From NCBI GenBank assembly GCA_002189035.1, contig NEEC01000009.1, positions 3,286,001 to 3,350,000 on the forward strand: a stretch of 64,000 bases of DNA, written 5' to 3'. The notes beneath the pieces were generated by a model. It worked only from the letters and a program-made list of their open reading frames with translations, did not search any database and was not told the DNA's origin. A program made the translations under genes and the position numbers. Position 1 is the first letter of the stretch. Every line of letters begins with the position of its first letter. Origin of the DNA: Utricularia gibba. Lineage: Eukaryota > Plantae > Magnoliophyta. This document shows, one piece after another, positions 1 to 13,428 of this stretch.

Positions 1-2863
1 TGGGATGGAGGGGTTGAGTCCAAGCTCCTGAACACAAAAAAGGGAGGGCCGGAGCAGATTCAGGGATTGCTCGCTGGTTCAAGGAAATGGCACATATAAG
101 AATTTCTTACGGAGGCTAATTCTTCTATCATGATGGTCCGGTTGCCTTCCTTCTCGAAGAATTCGTAGCCGCAGCGGGCGTGCTGCTCCCATCTCTCCAG
201 AGCTTCCAACTGGTAGACACTTAATGCAGCAGCACAGAATTCATCAAGATCCATCCTCGTATACTGGAGTGCTGTCAGCTGTTGTTGAGGAGCACCAAGG
301 TGAGAAACTACATACAACGGAAAAGGGGAGGTATAGGATTGTATTAAGGATCGCACCGAAGCGAGGAAATCAAAGATCCGAGATTCACTCATGGCATCCG
401 TGGCATTTCTCTTCAATGCCTGAGGTCATAGTGAAAGTAAGTTGCGATTTCTAAGATGGGAAAAACCGAAACAAGACGCCAAGAGAACGTACTGCCTTGA
501 TGGTTTCTAAGCTTATGAAACCATTCATGTTTGGTTCAAGAAGAGAAAATTGCTGCCTGAGGTAGAAGAGTTCGTCTTCAGTCAGAGTTCGGGATAAAGC
601 CTGTATCAATGAGCCATAACAGAAAGTTTAGTGCGTGTTTGCTAACAGCTGCCCTCAGGGAAGCTCCTGCAAACCACAGAAACAGAATAAGATGAACGAT
701 AAGCACCCGCAGAGCAGCTTTACGCAGGGGAGAAGAACGCATATAAGCTTTCATAAGCCTAAGGACCAATATATCCAATGGCACCTCAACATTGTGGGTG
801 TTTCTGATCCATGGATGACCTGAATCAGAAACATTCCTGTAAGCGGTGGCAACTTGATTCTGGAGGCAGACTGATAATCTAAAGAAAGGGGGAACACTAA
901 CACATGGCTTGAGCTGCAGAGAGCCTTTTCCTGGGATCCTTGTTTAACATCCGCTTCACAAAATCTCTGGACTCTGGAGACAGCGTAGGCCAGGGGGGTT
1001 CCTCATATGTCGGTTCAGCTTTAACCACAGAACGAAAGATGCCAGATTCGGTTCGAGCCCAAAAAGGCCGGCTTCCACACAGCAATATATAGGCTATCAC
1101 CCCGATACTCCAGACGTCGGCCTCTGTATTATAGGCCCTGTGCAACACTTCAGGTGCAACATAGTAGGCGCTTCCAACAATATCATTCAGCCTTTCATCT
1201 GCAAAAAATTTGAACTATAGTCATTCAGCAGCTAACTACCCGTGAAAATCATAATTTAGACAATGAAAAACTGTAATTCCTCACCTGGTCGAACAAAATC
1301 TGATAACCCGAAATCTATAGCCTTCAACGTTGAGGTCTCTTCTTTGGATGTGAACAAGAAGTTCTGTTAGAGGAGCAAGCAATACATAAGACAGGATTTG
1401 GTAAATTGTACATCATAAACTTGGGTTACAACTCTAACCTCAGGTTTAAGGTCACGGTGAACCACTCCTTGAAGGTGGCAGAATGAAACGACATTCAGTA
1501 TCTGTACCATCACAGTCTTTGCATCATCTTCTGAATACTTTCCACCCCTGTAACCAACGAACTTGTTTTAGATGCTGCAACAAACAAAAGATTTCATTGC
1601 TTCGTCAGCAAATCGTTCAAACATAAAAAAACCTTGAAAGGATTCGGTCCAAGAGTTCGCCTCCTTCACATAACCTGAAATTTTAACATGCAATCAACAA
1701 CTGCTTAGAGAGGATAATCGCATCATAAAGTTCCGAAATTTGAGACCAGATTGTCATGAAAATTATCTGAAAATTAAGAAACCTTCGAACTGGTCATCAA
1801 AATAGAGAACAGCCTAACCCAAGGAGAGGTAAAATTTCATGATCATTGATGAAACAGGTTTTCAATACATTGGGTCACAATATTTCGCTTTGGAACTTCC
1901 AAGTGCACTTTTGAAAATCCCAGACTTACTCCATAACTATGTAGACATTGTCATTATCTTCAAATGAATGGTAAAACTGCACTAGGTTGGTATGTCCTGT
2001 CAAGGCCCTGAGTATCTTCACCTCCTTTCTTACATCTTCAATGGCTATAGCAGTGGTCATCTGAAAAACAATATCACATTGAAACCATGAAGAAAGAAAA
2101 GCAAAATGCCTGTGTATCCAAAACTAAGCAAATCTGTAGAAGGCAAGGTAACAATAAAGGAGCACTGGGATAAACAAGGAAATTAAGAAAAAAAAAACTG
2201 AATTCCTTGTTCATAAAGATAGATCAGATCTCGAAACGCACAAAGGAGGGAAGCAAACCACAACACATCAAAAGAAGAACTCTCACCTTCGCTTTTGGTA
2301 TGACCTTAACTGCAACTTCTTGCCCCTGAGATCCCCTTTCTTGAACTTTGCCCGACAAGTGTAACCAAAGTGCCCTCTCCCAACCTCCTCCCCTACTTCA
2401 AACTTGCTGTAAAAATTCTTGGAATACCCAAAATTCCTATCCAGACCCGCACCTCCAACCAGATTCTTACTCTCAGGCAAAGACGTTTCATTAGGCTTCA
2501 CAGAGCCCTGCCGCCGCGCAAGCACAGCCTTGATGTGCTTCGCCGGAGACGGCGGAGGAAACGGTCGCTTGAAGAGACTTCTCGGTGTGGCGTTTGGCCC
2601 GGCGACTTCTTAGAGAAGAGATAATGAGCGGGGCTGGGACTGTAAAATGGGAAAAAGGGAGACCTTTTACCCACTTCGTGATCCACTTCTTCACTCTTCT
2701 TCCGCTCCTCAAAATCACTAGACCGCTTGACATTGTCAATACTTTCCTTGCCCTGGCCAGGATCACACCGTTCCTGGGAGGCACGAATCCCTGGTTTGAT
2801 CTGCAGAGGCGAACCAAAGTTGGGTTCTGCAGGCACTTTGGGTTTAGAAATGCACACCCCCAT
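1..2863 (-). CDS. CRK: CDPK-related kinase (CRK), multi-exon, 3' end runs off the left edge
   Basis: MGVCISKP myristoylation/palmitoylation start; [34 protein letters not shown]; [11 protein letters not shown]; [31 protein letters not shown]; degenerate EF-hand tail [19 protein letters not shown]; GT-AG exons. Two apparent 1-nt losses in C/G runs (2598-2600, 2323-2326) break exon 1. Confidence 0.95.
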
Positions 2864-4306
2864 TTCCGGCTCGCACCAAAGAACTCAACTTTTATCGACC
2901 CAACAACGCTGGAGCTTTCTTTCTCCAGCCCCGAATCGGATCCCGTCTTCAGCTTTCAAAACGGCATAGTCTGGAATCTTTAAAAGTTTTGAATGCACAT
3001 TTTTTAACGGAACCCCGCTTTGAATATTTTTTGCTGCGAGTCAATGCCTGAGAGGGAAGAGAAGAAGGAAAAAGGGTACACAGAGAAGAAGCTCCCAAAG
3101 CAGCAGATAAAAAAGTAATCGATGATACCTGCTGCTGCTTTAGTTAAGAAGGCACAGTACACACACGTATACATTACTTTCATTTCAAGATCAGATCACA
3201 AGAGGTGACCAATCAGAGATAGCCCCAACCTACCCTCAAATCTTATGGCCACAATTCAAATAACCCACGTCCTATCACGCGAGTTAAGCCTCCCCAATAT
3301 CCATACCACCAATGAACAGACATGAGACGGGAGTGGATCAAGGAACATAAATGAATCCACGACTAAAATAAAACCCCACACACGAGAACCAAATAACAGA
3401 GGAGTTTCAACTCACCTTGTCTAGCTTCCAAATAGCAGAGATCCCATTAATTTGCAGGTGGCCATTTTGGAAGTTCTCCTCTCACCAACCAGTTTTACTT
3501 TCACAGCAAGGAAAGGGGTTCCATTTTCCCAAGTGTATTTATTTCTTTTACCGCAAAAGAACAAGAAGTTGTGGCGTTGGTCATCAATTCCTGTATTTAC
3601 TTGTTCTCAGATGGGATGCTAATCCGATCCGCCAAAGCGCGTGGGGAGGTCCATTTGAATTAAAATAAATAATAAAATAAAAGCGTTATGTTATTTCGAA
3701 TTTAAGGAGCCGAATGTGATACCATTTAATGGGCAGCAGCGTTTTGGGAGATGGATTGGACGAGCATTCAATTTGCCCTGGGCCCCACCGCATTCACTCC
3801 CCAGCTTCCCTTGCAAGAAAAAAATAATAATAATAAAAAGGCTGTCATGACATCATCATCTTTCTTATTTTCTTTTATTATTTCCCCTTCATAATTAATT
3901 ATCCAAACCAGCAGTACTTGATGACGTGGCAGCCGGCAAGGTGGGCAATGCACCCGATTCGTGATGATTAGTTAGAAGTATTTCACTTCAACTTGTTCTC
4001 CCGGGGCAGCCATAAAACGGTGCGGTGCGGTTTGCTGCTCCACAGTGGACATAGGCACCGGGGTCTTTAAGGCGCAGTTGCATTGCCCATTCCTTCTTTC
4101 AACATAGAGAGGAGTCAGACAACGGATGAAGTGGTTGGTAGAAGAGTTCAAATATGTGTGCATCATTCCTACAATTGCCTCCACAACATACAAGCATCTC
4201 ATCTTCCAACTGACAGGTAAAAGCTTCAGACGAATGGCATGTATGTATGAATGATGTAAGATAACGACATCCCGGAGTAAGTTCACCTGGAGGAGTGGAG
4301 CGGAGG

Positions 4307-7258
4307 TCAGTCATCACCAGCATTCTCAGAGGATGGAGTTCCGGCAAGCCAACCCCAAACACCACCTGGGTTCTGCCTTTGCCTTGCCATCACTGCTGCA
4401 GCTTGTTCGGAAGCAGTCTTTTGTCGCTGTAGGATTTCAAGTTCCTTCTGTAGCGTCTCCGTTGTCTGTAGCTTCTGCCTCAGCTCTGCGGCGTCCACCT
4501 GTTATTCCAAGGATAAAGTGTTACTCTCCTAATCTTTCAGATCCTTGGCACAAACAGTTAATGCTTCCAGTTGTGGTAATGAATACCAAGAATAATCACT
4601 AGCTCTGTAATCAATCTAACATGAAGACACATACAGAGAGCCTTAGAGGATGAGAATGAAGATCTTGATGAGCCGTTGTCAAATATGCACTCAGCACGTT
4701 TTGAGTTTCAAGCACGGTACTTACCTCGAGTTTGAAACATCTGGACTGTTCAGCAACAAGCTGGCTTCCTACAGATTGCAATACCTGAAAAGATTTAGTA
4801 GCTTGACTCATTCACCATTGTGGGAGGTTTCTCTTCAATCAGAAACCTCCACATGGCAATAACACAAATATACAGAAAGATCTAAAAGACAACTCGCCTT
4901 GTACATTTCCGCACTGCAAGAGTCGGCTTCTTTCACACAGAAGGCGGGATGCCCCTACAAAGTAAGAGAAAATGACAAACAAGATTGATAGATCTTCCCC
5001 AGCTAGATGAAAAAATGCGAACCAAAGGTTCCATCCCTCACATTACAAAGCACCCCCGACCAATGAAATTATCAACAAAGGAAATACTGAAAACCAAATT
5101 CATTACAAATTCTCAGTTAGTCACTGAATCCCAAAGAACTACTCTAATCCAATCTGTAAATCTAAAATCCAGTTCTTGCAACAAGCATCACACTCATTTT
5201 CTTTTCTTTTCTTTTCTTTTTTAATCAAGAACCAGATCAGATAAAAATGTCACTGGGTAACATGATTTACCAGGCAAAGGGATTACAAGCGGCAACATTA
5301 TCCCCGTGAAGCTTCTGTAGGATCCTTTGAATGTCCAGCTGCTGAAAGAAGTTTATATCCATCCCATGGTATCTACAAAATGAGCTGTAAAATTTACGGC
5401 TGAATCAACTGCTTAAAAAAAATATATGACCAATATTCAACAATGATAACCATTCAATGATAATATTGGTTCACTTTTGTTTAGACAAGCATTCATGACT
5501 GCATGTTGCATAAACCTAGTATCTATTTAGAAATGGTACTGTACAACTTGGCCTCTGTTTACAATGCGAGCTATTTAGATGTTACTCACCAATGAATGAC
5601 ACCAGCACAAGGAGAAATCGTGCTCCCTTTCCTTGAGTTAGGTTCAACTTTGAAGCAAGTCCACATCTTCATATCCAAAACCTAATATAAGCGCAAAAAA
5701 ACCATAGGTTTGAATTTCCAAATATAAAAACAATGGCACATAGCAGAGAGAATGCAGAAAAAAGCGATAGGGGTATTTAGGGCATAACCACTCACACAGA
5801 GATAAAGTTCCTGATGCTCCAACAACTGAATTCAGATGCTTTACATTTGCATAAAATCTATTGCAATACTTCAGTACATAGCTTTTTGAAAATAGATAAC
5901 TAGTGGTCCCTTACCTGGAGATCATTAAGATAACGTCCATTGTGAATGACACCAAATATGTACATTTTATTTCCAAGAACTGCTGCTCCATGCTGTCAAG
6001 GGCCAAGTTAACTTATATACTAATGAAGATTATACGAGTGTCAAAACGTCCTCCCTCACTCAAAATACATGACAAGTTAAATGCAAAGCATGAATCAGAT
6101 ACCTCATATCTAGCCTTCGGAAAATTTCCAGAGATCGGAGGAGCCACCCATTTGTCATATAAGTTAATGATGGTAGTAACTTCTGATAATACAACTTTAT
6201 CTTGAGCTTCAGATAAGATAAGATTTTCTGTTTGAACGTTCTTAGCTTCTGAGTCAATGATATTGTAGGAAATAAAGCAATTTCACTCTGTAATGGGATT
6301 AATTTCTGTCTAAAAAAACTTGCTTCCTGCATGTTTCTACCAAATTTTCTGTCATTCAAGGCATAGCAATCTGAATTAGCTATGAGCACATGGCATTCAG
6401 AAGAAAACAATAACGTCAATAGGCTCAGCTGCATAAATCATGTCAGATTTACTAAAAAAAAAGTAAATGTAGTATGCAAACCTCGTCCACTTGCTTTGCT
6501 CAATGGGACTCCAACCTCTTGGCTTTGGAATATTGCAAGGCCCTATGGTAGCCTTAAACCACCAAAAACAACCTCATTATTAATGCGCAAATTGAACTCA
6601 TCCTGGAAAATTTTCTCGTCCCTTACTCCAGACAAAAAAACCCCACTTCTAAGGCATAAATGTTCAGGTTCTCGTCAAAAAAAGCCTCATATTTCACGTT
6701 GAAATACTCGTATTCAAATTCTTGATCACAAAAGATACAGAATTCCCGAAGCTTTGATCAGAAAACCTTCAGAATGTATTTCATGGTAAAACATGATAAC
6801 ATCGAAAATAAGCCAATTCTGCAAAACAAGAAGCCAAACATAATCATAAGTACGTAACAGAGACCCCGAACGGACACCAGGATTTAAAAGTGAAGACCCG
6901 GTGTGGCTAGAAAAGCAGAAAGACTTATAATCCTTCCAGGAATGACATACCTGTTCTGGAAGAAATTTTAAGACCAAGAGAAATGGACTGATTTCCCATG
7001 AAGATCAAATTTGGAACGTCGCGTAAATGCATGAACCTAAAGCTCTGATCAATATGAGCACGACGCAAAACTGAAGAACTGATGAAACTAACACCTGCTG
7101 ATAGAGAGCATAAAGGAGCAACGTGGAGTCATTTGAGAACTTGGAGGTGACGTCTCTAGACGCAGATGTGGGAGATCCCCAAATCCAGCGTACGCCGCCG
7201 CTGCATAGAGCTTATCAGGATACGAGAGACCAGCCAATGCCCTCGCCGCCGCTTCCAT
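4307..7258 (-). pseudogene. ACBP4: Kelch-type acyl-CoA-binding protein 4/5 homolog with large internal deletions and a premature stop
   Basis: Exon 1 MEAAARALAGLSYPDKLYAAAAYAGF..LLLYALYQQ (7258-7095); exon 2 ATIGPCNIPKPRGWSPIEQSKWT; KARYE|HGAAVLGNKMYIFG; C-terminal AEQSRCFKLE..ELRQKLQTTETLQKELEILQRQK..GGVWGWLAG. The second half of the ACB domain and most kelch repeats are absent, and splicing exon 2 to the exon at 6428 gives AGC TGA. Confidence 0.75.
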
Positions 7259-7627
7259 TGCTGCCGACAGCTTGCGATTTCAGATCGGAAACAAGAATCA
7301 AGAAGCAATAAGACCGTTGGGATGAAGAACATGCGAACGAGTACACCTATAAATAAACTTAATTAATGATACTTAAATCGCTAGATTTATGCCGTTATTT
7401 GTATTATTAAGAAATATTAATTAGATTTGTAAATATAAAAATAATATTTATATTTCCTTAATTATCATTTCATCCTCGACTCACCTCTTCCTCTTCTTCC
7501 TCGATGTGAGGCTCATGATCTGCTCCTGTGCTCAGATGATCACACGAGGTTTAACCTTCTTCTTTCGTGTTAAGGTTACGTTGTTCGTATAGATCTTCGG
7601 ATTCCGAGTTCCAAGGTGATATCCGTG

Positions 7628-10600
7628 ATGAACGCTGATGATGCTGACAACGCCGACACGCAGCCGCCGCTCGATCGGAAAGATGGAGACGTTAAAGAAG
7701 AGTTGTTTGAACCTTCATCGAGTGTCTCTGTTTCCCGTACTGGTGCTGATGCTGTCGGTCGTAGCGAGGAAGTGTCTAGGGTTTCACCTGCGGGTGCATA
7801 TGGGGCAGTTGATGCGATGATTTCTGATGCAGTGGAAGGCTCGATAGGGTTGAAGCAACCAAAGGAATATAGCGTAATGGGGGAGGCGGGTGAAGGAGCT
7901 TTCGAGAGTCCGCCGATCGTCTCTCGCTACGCCTCTAATGATGGTGATGAAGATGTACCGAATTTTCATCCGAAAGCTGAGGATAAGAAATTAGTTGGGG
8001 ATTATGATTCGATGCTTTTTGAATTTGATCGATTTGCATACAAGGGTGGCGGTGAGGCTGTTGGATATGGGTATGAGATCGGTGATATGGTATGGGGTAA
8101 AGTGAAGTCCCATCCATGGTGGCCTGGACAAATCTTAAACGAGTTACTTGCTTCTCCTGCGGTAAGGAGAACTAAGCGTGAAGGCTTTGTGCTGGTTGCG
8201 TTTTTCGGGGACAGTAGTTACGGCTGGTTTGATCCAGCAGAGTTGATTCCATTTGTAGAGAGTTTTATGGAGAAGTCTCGGCAGTCCTCTTCTGGAGCTT
8301 TTGTAACAGCAGTGGAGGAGGCTGTGGATGAGTTGTCGAGGAGGAGGAGCCTGGGAATGGCTTGCCGCTGTAGAAATGAGTTTAATTTTTGGCCCTTTAG
8401 CGTCAAGGGTTATTTTACGGTTTATGCAGGGGGTTATGAACCTGGTATTTATTCTTTGAGTCAGATTAACAGGGCAAGGGAGGAGTTCCGACCGAAGGAA
8501 ATGCTGTCATTTGTCCAACGAATTGCGTTGAGACCAAAGACTAGCAACAATCTAACCATTGAGTTCTTTAAAAACAAGGCCACAGTTCTAGCTTGCAGAA
8601 AAGCTTTGTATGAAGAATTTGATGACACATATGCACAAGCCTTCGGAACTACACCTGAACGACCTGCTAGGCCTACTGCTCCAGTGGCTCCGGATCCATC
8701 TGGAGGTATCCCATATTCCTGAGTGCATTTTTTTCTGCAGATCCCTGGGCCCTCTTATGAAATGGTTAAGCTGGCATTTATCTTTATTTGTCGGTTATTT
8801 CACTTTTGGACGCCTTAGGAAAAGCCAATCGTCCTCTATTTGAAATGAGCGTAAGCTCCTGTGGGATTTGTGGTGATATTTCGCTGAACTGGTGCATCTT
8901 CTTGCATGCTGATTTGCATTTCTTATGAGAATAGAGTCTACAATGGGGTGAATTTAGTTCTTGTTGTTTTTTTTTTCTGGAAGAAAGAATGCTGCATTTC
9001 TTAGTGGCCTTCTTACACCTAAATTTATGCAGTTTCTTTGAGTGGTCGGCTGGTACTTGCGGAAGACCTTGGAAGAGGGAGGCTCTCTTTGACGACGAGT
9101 CAAATGAAAGATGAATTGGAGAAAGAGCAATATTTGTTCCAAAGACGCGATGAACTAATTATCATGAAGGCCAAGAAAATTGCGCAGCCACTCTGGGTAG
9201 ATGCATCCAGCATATCTGGAACATCAAGTGATTCTGGCATGCGAGGTCGTATCCAACCAAGTTCTAATATGAGTGGCGCAAATGCTTTCTCTACTCATCT
9301 ACCAAGAGAGGGGACTCAAATTGCTTTCGCTGAAATCAGTGCTAGAAAACTTCTTGCAAGTGGAAAGCAAAATTTGAAGTTACTGAAGAAGAGTGATGTG
9401 GCAAAGAGTGATACACGTGCACTGTTAATTGATGAGAAGATGAAAAGAAAGGGAGAAGCAGGTTCTCATGGGCCATCTCCTGATCCTGGTGCCTCAAGAA
9501 TGTCACTGATCAAGAAAATGAGGAAGGAGTTGGGAGGTGCTGCAAATCGTGGTTATATGAAATCAGCTAAAAGCAGCAGTAGTACATCTGGGCAGCAAGC
9601 TCCACAGATTTTGCATGGTGGTCGAGTTAGTGGTTCTAATACTCAGGTTGACAGTCAGATGGGAAAACCGGAGCTCTTATCGCTTCTTCGAGACCTTCAT
9701 GCACTTGCAATTAATCCATTACATGAAATAGAGAGGTGCTGCCCAGCTACTTCTCGTCAGGTCTTCTTGAAATTCAGATCTCTCATCTATCAGAAGAGCT
9801 TGGTTTCGTCTCCTCCAGCTGCAAGAGAGACAACTGAACCTCACATGACTAATGCTGTACAGAATCCCGCTTACAGAAGCCATGAAAAATCATCAGTTAA
9901 GCTTGCCCGACCGTCGGTGAGGCCTGATGATGCAACTAGGGAGGGTAAGAAACGCATACTATCAGATCATGTGGACGTTATTAAGAAAAGGAAGGTTGAT
10001 GACTCGAAGGATGCTTATCCAAAGAAGCTTGCAGATTTGGGACGCGAAATCAAGAAGAAGATGATGAGTGACTCGAAGTCATCAGCGATGAAGATTCCCC
10101 ACAAGTCTGTTGTAGCTCAGCGGAGAGATCTGATGGAATTACCTCCAAAACCTCTGAAATCCAGTAAATCAGATTCTAGCAGAAGTGAGAAGCCGGCAAA
10201 AGTACGGCGTCGAACTGCACTGATGATGAAGTTTCCAAAAGGGGCTTCCCTTCCCTCTGGTGCAGAGCTGGCTGCAAAATTCGCTCGTTTTGGGCCACTG
10301 GAGTTCACAGCCACTCGGGTTTTCTGGCAAACAGAAACTTGTCGCCTGGTCTTTCAGCATAAGGTTGATGCTGAAGCTGCCCTGAAATTCGCTGCTTCGA
10401 GTGAAAACTTATTCGGGTACGAGAATGTATTTTGTCATCTCAAAGATGCAGCTACCGAGGGAGCAGAAACCAAGACGGCCAAGGTTCGGAAGGAAGATGC
10501 GCCGCCCAAGGACATTCCTGTGGAATCGAGATCAGCCGCTGTCCAGCCGACAGTACAAGTACAGCTCAAGTCGATCCTCAAGAAACAACCCAACGACGAG

Positions 10601-10922
10601 GGTGGCAATGGTAGAGGTACCAGAGTGAAGTTTGTTTTGGTTGGGGATGGAAGCCCCGCTACTGAACGAAATTCTGTTACCGCCACAACACATTCAAATT
10701 CAATGGATTTTACGACTAAAAACGTTGTCCCCAAGCTAAAGCCTCAGCCTGGTGTTGTTGGGCAACTTCAGACCCGAACACCCTCAGCCGTGAGGCCGTC
10801 GACCCTCCCCCGGCGGCGGTGGCCGATATTTCTGGGAGTTCTTGAGGTTGTTGAATCGGTGCCGGGAGTTGGTGAACAGCGTGACGGGGACACTGGGGTA
10901 TGTGCCCTACCATTCCTTGTAA
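7628..10922 (+). CDS. PWWP (Tudor/PWWP/MBT) chromatin reader, PDP1-like; exons 7628-8705 and 9033-10922
   Basis: GDMVWGKVKSHPWWPGQI PWWP motif; LVAFFGDSSYGWF; C-terminal LMMKFPKGASLPSGAELAAKFARFGPL domain. The family-type end LLNRCRELVNSVTGTLGYVPYHSL* appears after restoring two 1-nt C/G-run losses (~10775 and 10834-10836). Confidence 0.9.
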
Positions 10923-11278
10923 TGAGAGGTTGAGCAGGTGGCTCTCTCTTCTATTTTGTGCACCCGATCAACAAGAAGCATCTTTGTATTCGTCCACGAG
11001 GGTGCATTTTCGCTTGGTGTTGTGTAACAACCCCTATGGATCGTCAACTTTCTTCATTTTGTGCACCTAGAAACCACTATCTCAAGGATAAAATATTTTA
11101 TAACTCATGATGTAGGATTCAAAGAAGTTTGTTGCATGAATTTTCTGATCACAAATAAATCTGTAAATATATTTAAAGAGTTTATGTATATTTGAATACG
11201 TATCCCAAATCCCACGTAATGATTCATGCCATCAAGGGAACCTGTGGAGGAGCTTCGAGTTTATTGGGCCGTTTCGGG

Positions 11279-11285
11279 AAAAAAA
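11279..11285 (-). terminator. Pol III T7 terminator of the U3 gene
   Basis: A7 on the plus strand, about 12 nt beyond the U3 3' end. Confidence 0.8.
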
Positions 11286-11296
11286 GGTTGGAGGGG

Positions 11297-11507
11297 CCTG
11301 TCGGCACACTGCACGACCCATCATCCAAGACCAGCCGAAGCTAGGTCACGGAACGATCCTCAACTGCAAGCCCGAAGCATATAAGTTCACAGACTCGGGA
11401 AGCCGTACACCACGCTCTGGTCACGCAGCCGCGTTTCATCATCCAGACTTCGTCTAAGGAGACGGATGTACGAGCCTATAGAACAGATCCTGTTCAAGTA
11501 AGGTCGT
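11297..11507 (-). ncRNA. U3: U3 snoRNA (plant Pol III type)
   Basis: The minus strand begins ACGACCTTACTTGAACAGGATCTGTTCTATAGGCTCGTAC (GAC box, boxes A'/A of plant U3). It also has box C' TGATGA, box B GAGCGTG, box C GAGGATCG and a terminal GACAGG, with an upstream USE+TATA and a downstream T-run. Confidence 0.95.
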
Positions 11508-11530
11508 GACCGAAATCGTTATCTCTTTGG

Positions 11531-11571
11531 TTATAAACACTTCCGGGATATTTTAAAACCCGATGTGGGAC
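11531..11571 (-). promoter_or_regulatory. Plant snRNA promoter: USE GTCCCACATCG (11571-11561) + TTTATAA (11537-11531), 23-nt spacing
   Basis: Exact RTCCCACATCG consensus. The short USE-TATA spacing is the known Pol III geometry, and the TATA box starts 30 nt before the U3 +1. Confidence 0.92.
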
Positions 11572-11687
11572 AACTAATACACCTGCAATTCCAAATATGC
11601 CCCTCGCTCGCTCACAAAATTAAAAATCCGTACGTTCAACTTATGCTTAGCTCAACCTCTTCTTTCTCTGCTTCTCTGGGTGGACCA

Positions 11688-13428
11688 ATGGCAGCGGGGA
11701 AATTGGATGGAGAAGTGAAGTACGGAATTATTGGAGCGGGTATGATGGGAAGAGAGCATTTCATCAATCTATATCACCTTAAGAACGAAGGCGTTTCCGT
11801 GGTCGCCATAGCCGATCCTCATGTCCCTTCTCAGGAACAAACCCTCCAGCTTGCGCGCTCTTTCAACTCACCTCTTCAAGTATCTTACAAGCCCATATGT
11901 TTCGCTTATTTGGATACAGTTTTGTGTTCTGGGATATGGATTTGGAACACAGATTTAGTTGTTATCGGTTTCTGATGTGAAGGTCTTCTGTGATCATGCG
12001 GAGTTGCTGGATAGTGGGTTGTGTGATGTGCTAGTAATTGCAACTCCAAATATGACTCATTGTGAGATATTGATGGATATCATCAACCACCCTAAGCCCT
12101 ACCATGTCTTGGTGGAGAAGCCTCTCTGCACAACTGTCGCTGATTGCAGAAAGGTTACAAGAGAAATTCTTGCTTGTTATCTCCGGCAATTTCGGAAGGG
12201 AAAACATTTTTTTTTTTTCCGCATTCTGCTCTATGACGGTGTTTATCGCATATATTTGATCTCCACTATCGCATGTTAGGTCTTGAACCCTCCTTAAATA
12301 CGAGGAGACAAACCAATAAACCCAGCAAGGGCTAAAGATTTTTTCTTGTGCATCATTGTTGGTGTGTTTACAGTTTTTACATGAAAATCCTATAATTGAA
12401 GTATATACTCAGGTCATGAATGCCTCCAGAAGAAGACCAGATATGCTGGTTCAAGTTGGCTTGGAGTATAGATATATGCCACCAGTTGCCAAGTTGATTG
12501 ATATTGTTAAAGGCGGAAACCTGGGAAGGATCAAGATGGTGGCTATAAGGGAACATCGATTCCCTTTCCTCGTAAAGGTAATCGACTCCAATTCAGCCAG
12601 AAGCCAGTGCAATTTAAAACCTGTATCCTTTGTAGGTCAACAACTGGAACAGGTTTAATTGCAACTCTGGAGGTACCCTTGTTGAGAAATGCTGTCATTT
12701 CTTTGATCTCATGAGGTTGTTTGCTGGCTCTGAACCCATCAGAGTCATGGCTTCTGGAGCTATCGACGTTAACCATAAAGATGAAACGTATGACGGAAAG
12801 GTAAAATGAGAATCCAAGGACTTGCACACATCAGCCCTGGTGACCACATGGTAGCAACTTAATCTTGCAGGTGCCAGACATAATTGATAACGCATACGTG
12901 ATTTTAGATTTTGAAAACGGTTCTCGGGTATGCTTGATCTCTGTATGTTCGCTGAGGGCAGTAAAAACGAACAAGAGATATGTGTTGTTGGTGATATTGG
13001 GAAGGTAAGAAGTCCACTTCATTCCATCACCTTCAGTCTTAACCGGTGCCCCTTGATGACTAAACTTGCAGGGAGAGGCATTCGTGCCGGAGAACGTCGT
13101 TCGGTGGGGCACTCGTGCCACAGGCAGAGACGGTGTGGAAACTCTAGAAGCGAAAGACAATGGGATTAAGTGAGTCCCCTGTCCAGACTTTTTTCTGTAT
13201 AGCAGAAGCAGAAGAAAAGTTTAACCTTTTAGCAGATATGAAGGGTTGCATCATGGCGCGAGTTATCTGGAACACGTTCAGTTGCTGTCTGCAATACGAG
13301 GCAGGGGCAGGGGGGGTCCGACCGTCGATCTGCATGACGGATTGATGTCCGTAGCCATGGGTGCTGCGGCTCAAGAATCCATTGAAAAGGGTCGATTTGT
13401 GAGCCTTGAAGAGGTCTTGCGTCCATGA
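11688..13428 (+). CDS. Gfo/Idh/MocA family oxidoreductase (myo-inositol 2-dehydrogenase-like), about 7 exons
   Basis: [14 protein letters not shown] Rossmann motif; ATPNMTH; [11 protein letters not shown]; [10 protein letters not shown]; [10 protein letters not shown]; [12 protein letters not shown]; [10 protein letters not shown]. Apparent 1-nt loss at 12926-12928. Confidence 0.9.

Noticed and set aside
7164-7176. USE-like TCCCACATCTG on the minus strand
   Set aside because: It lies inside ACBP4 exon 1, has a mismatch and has no TATA at the proper spacing.
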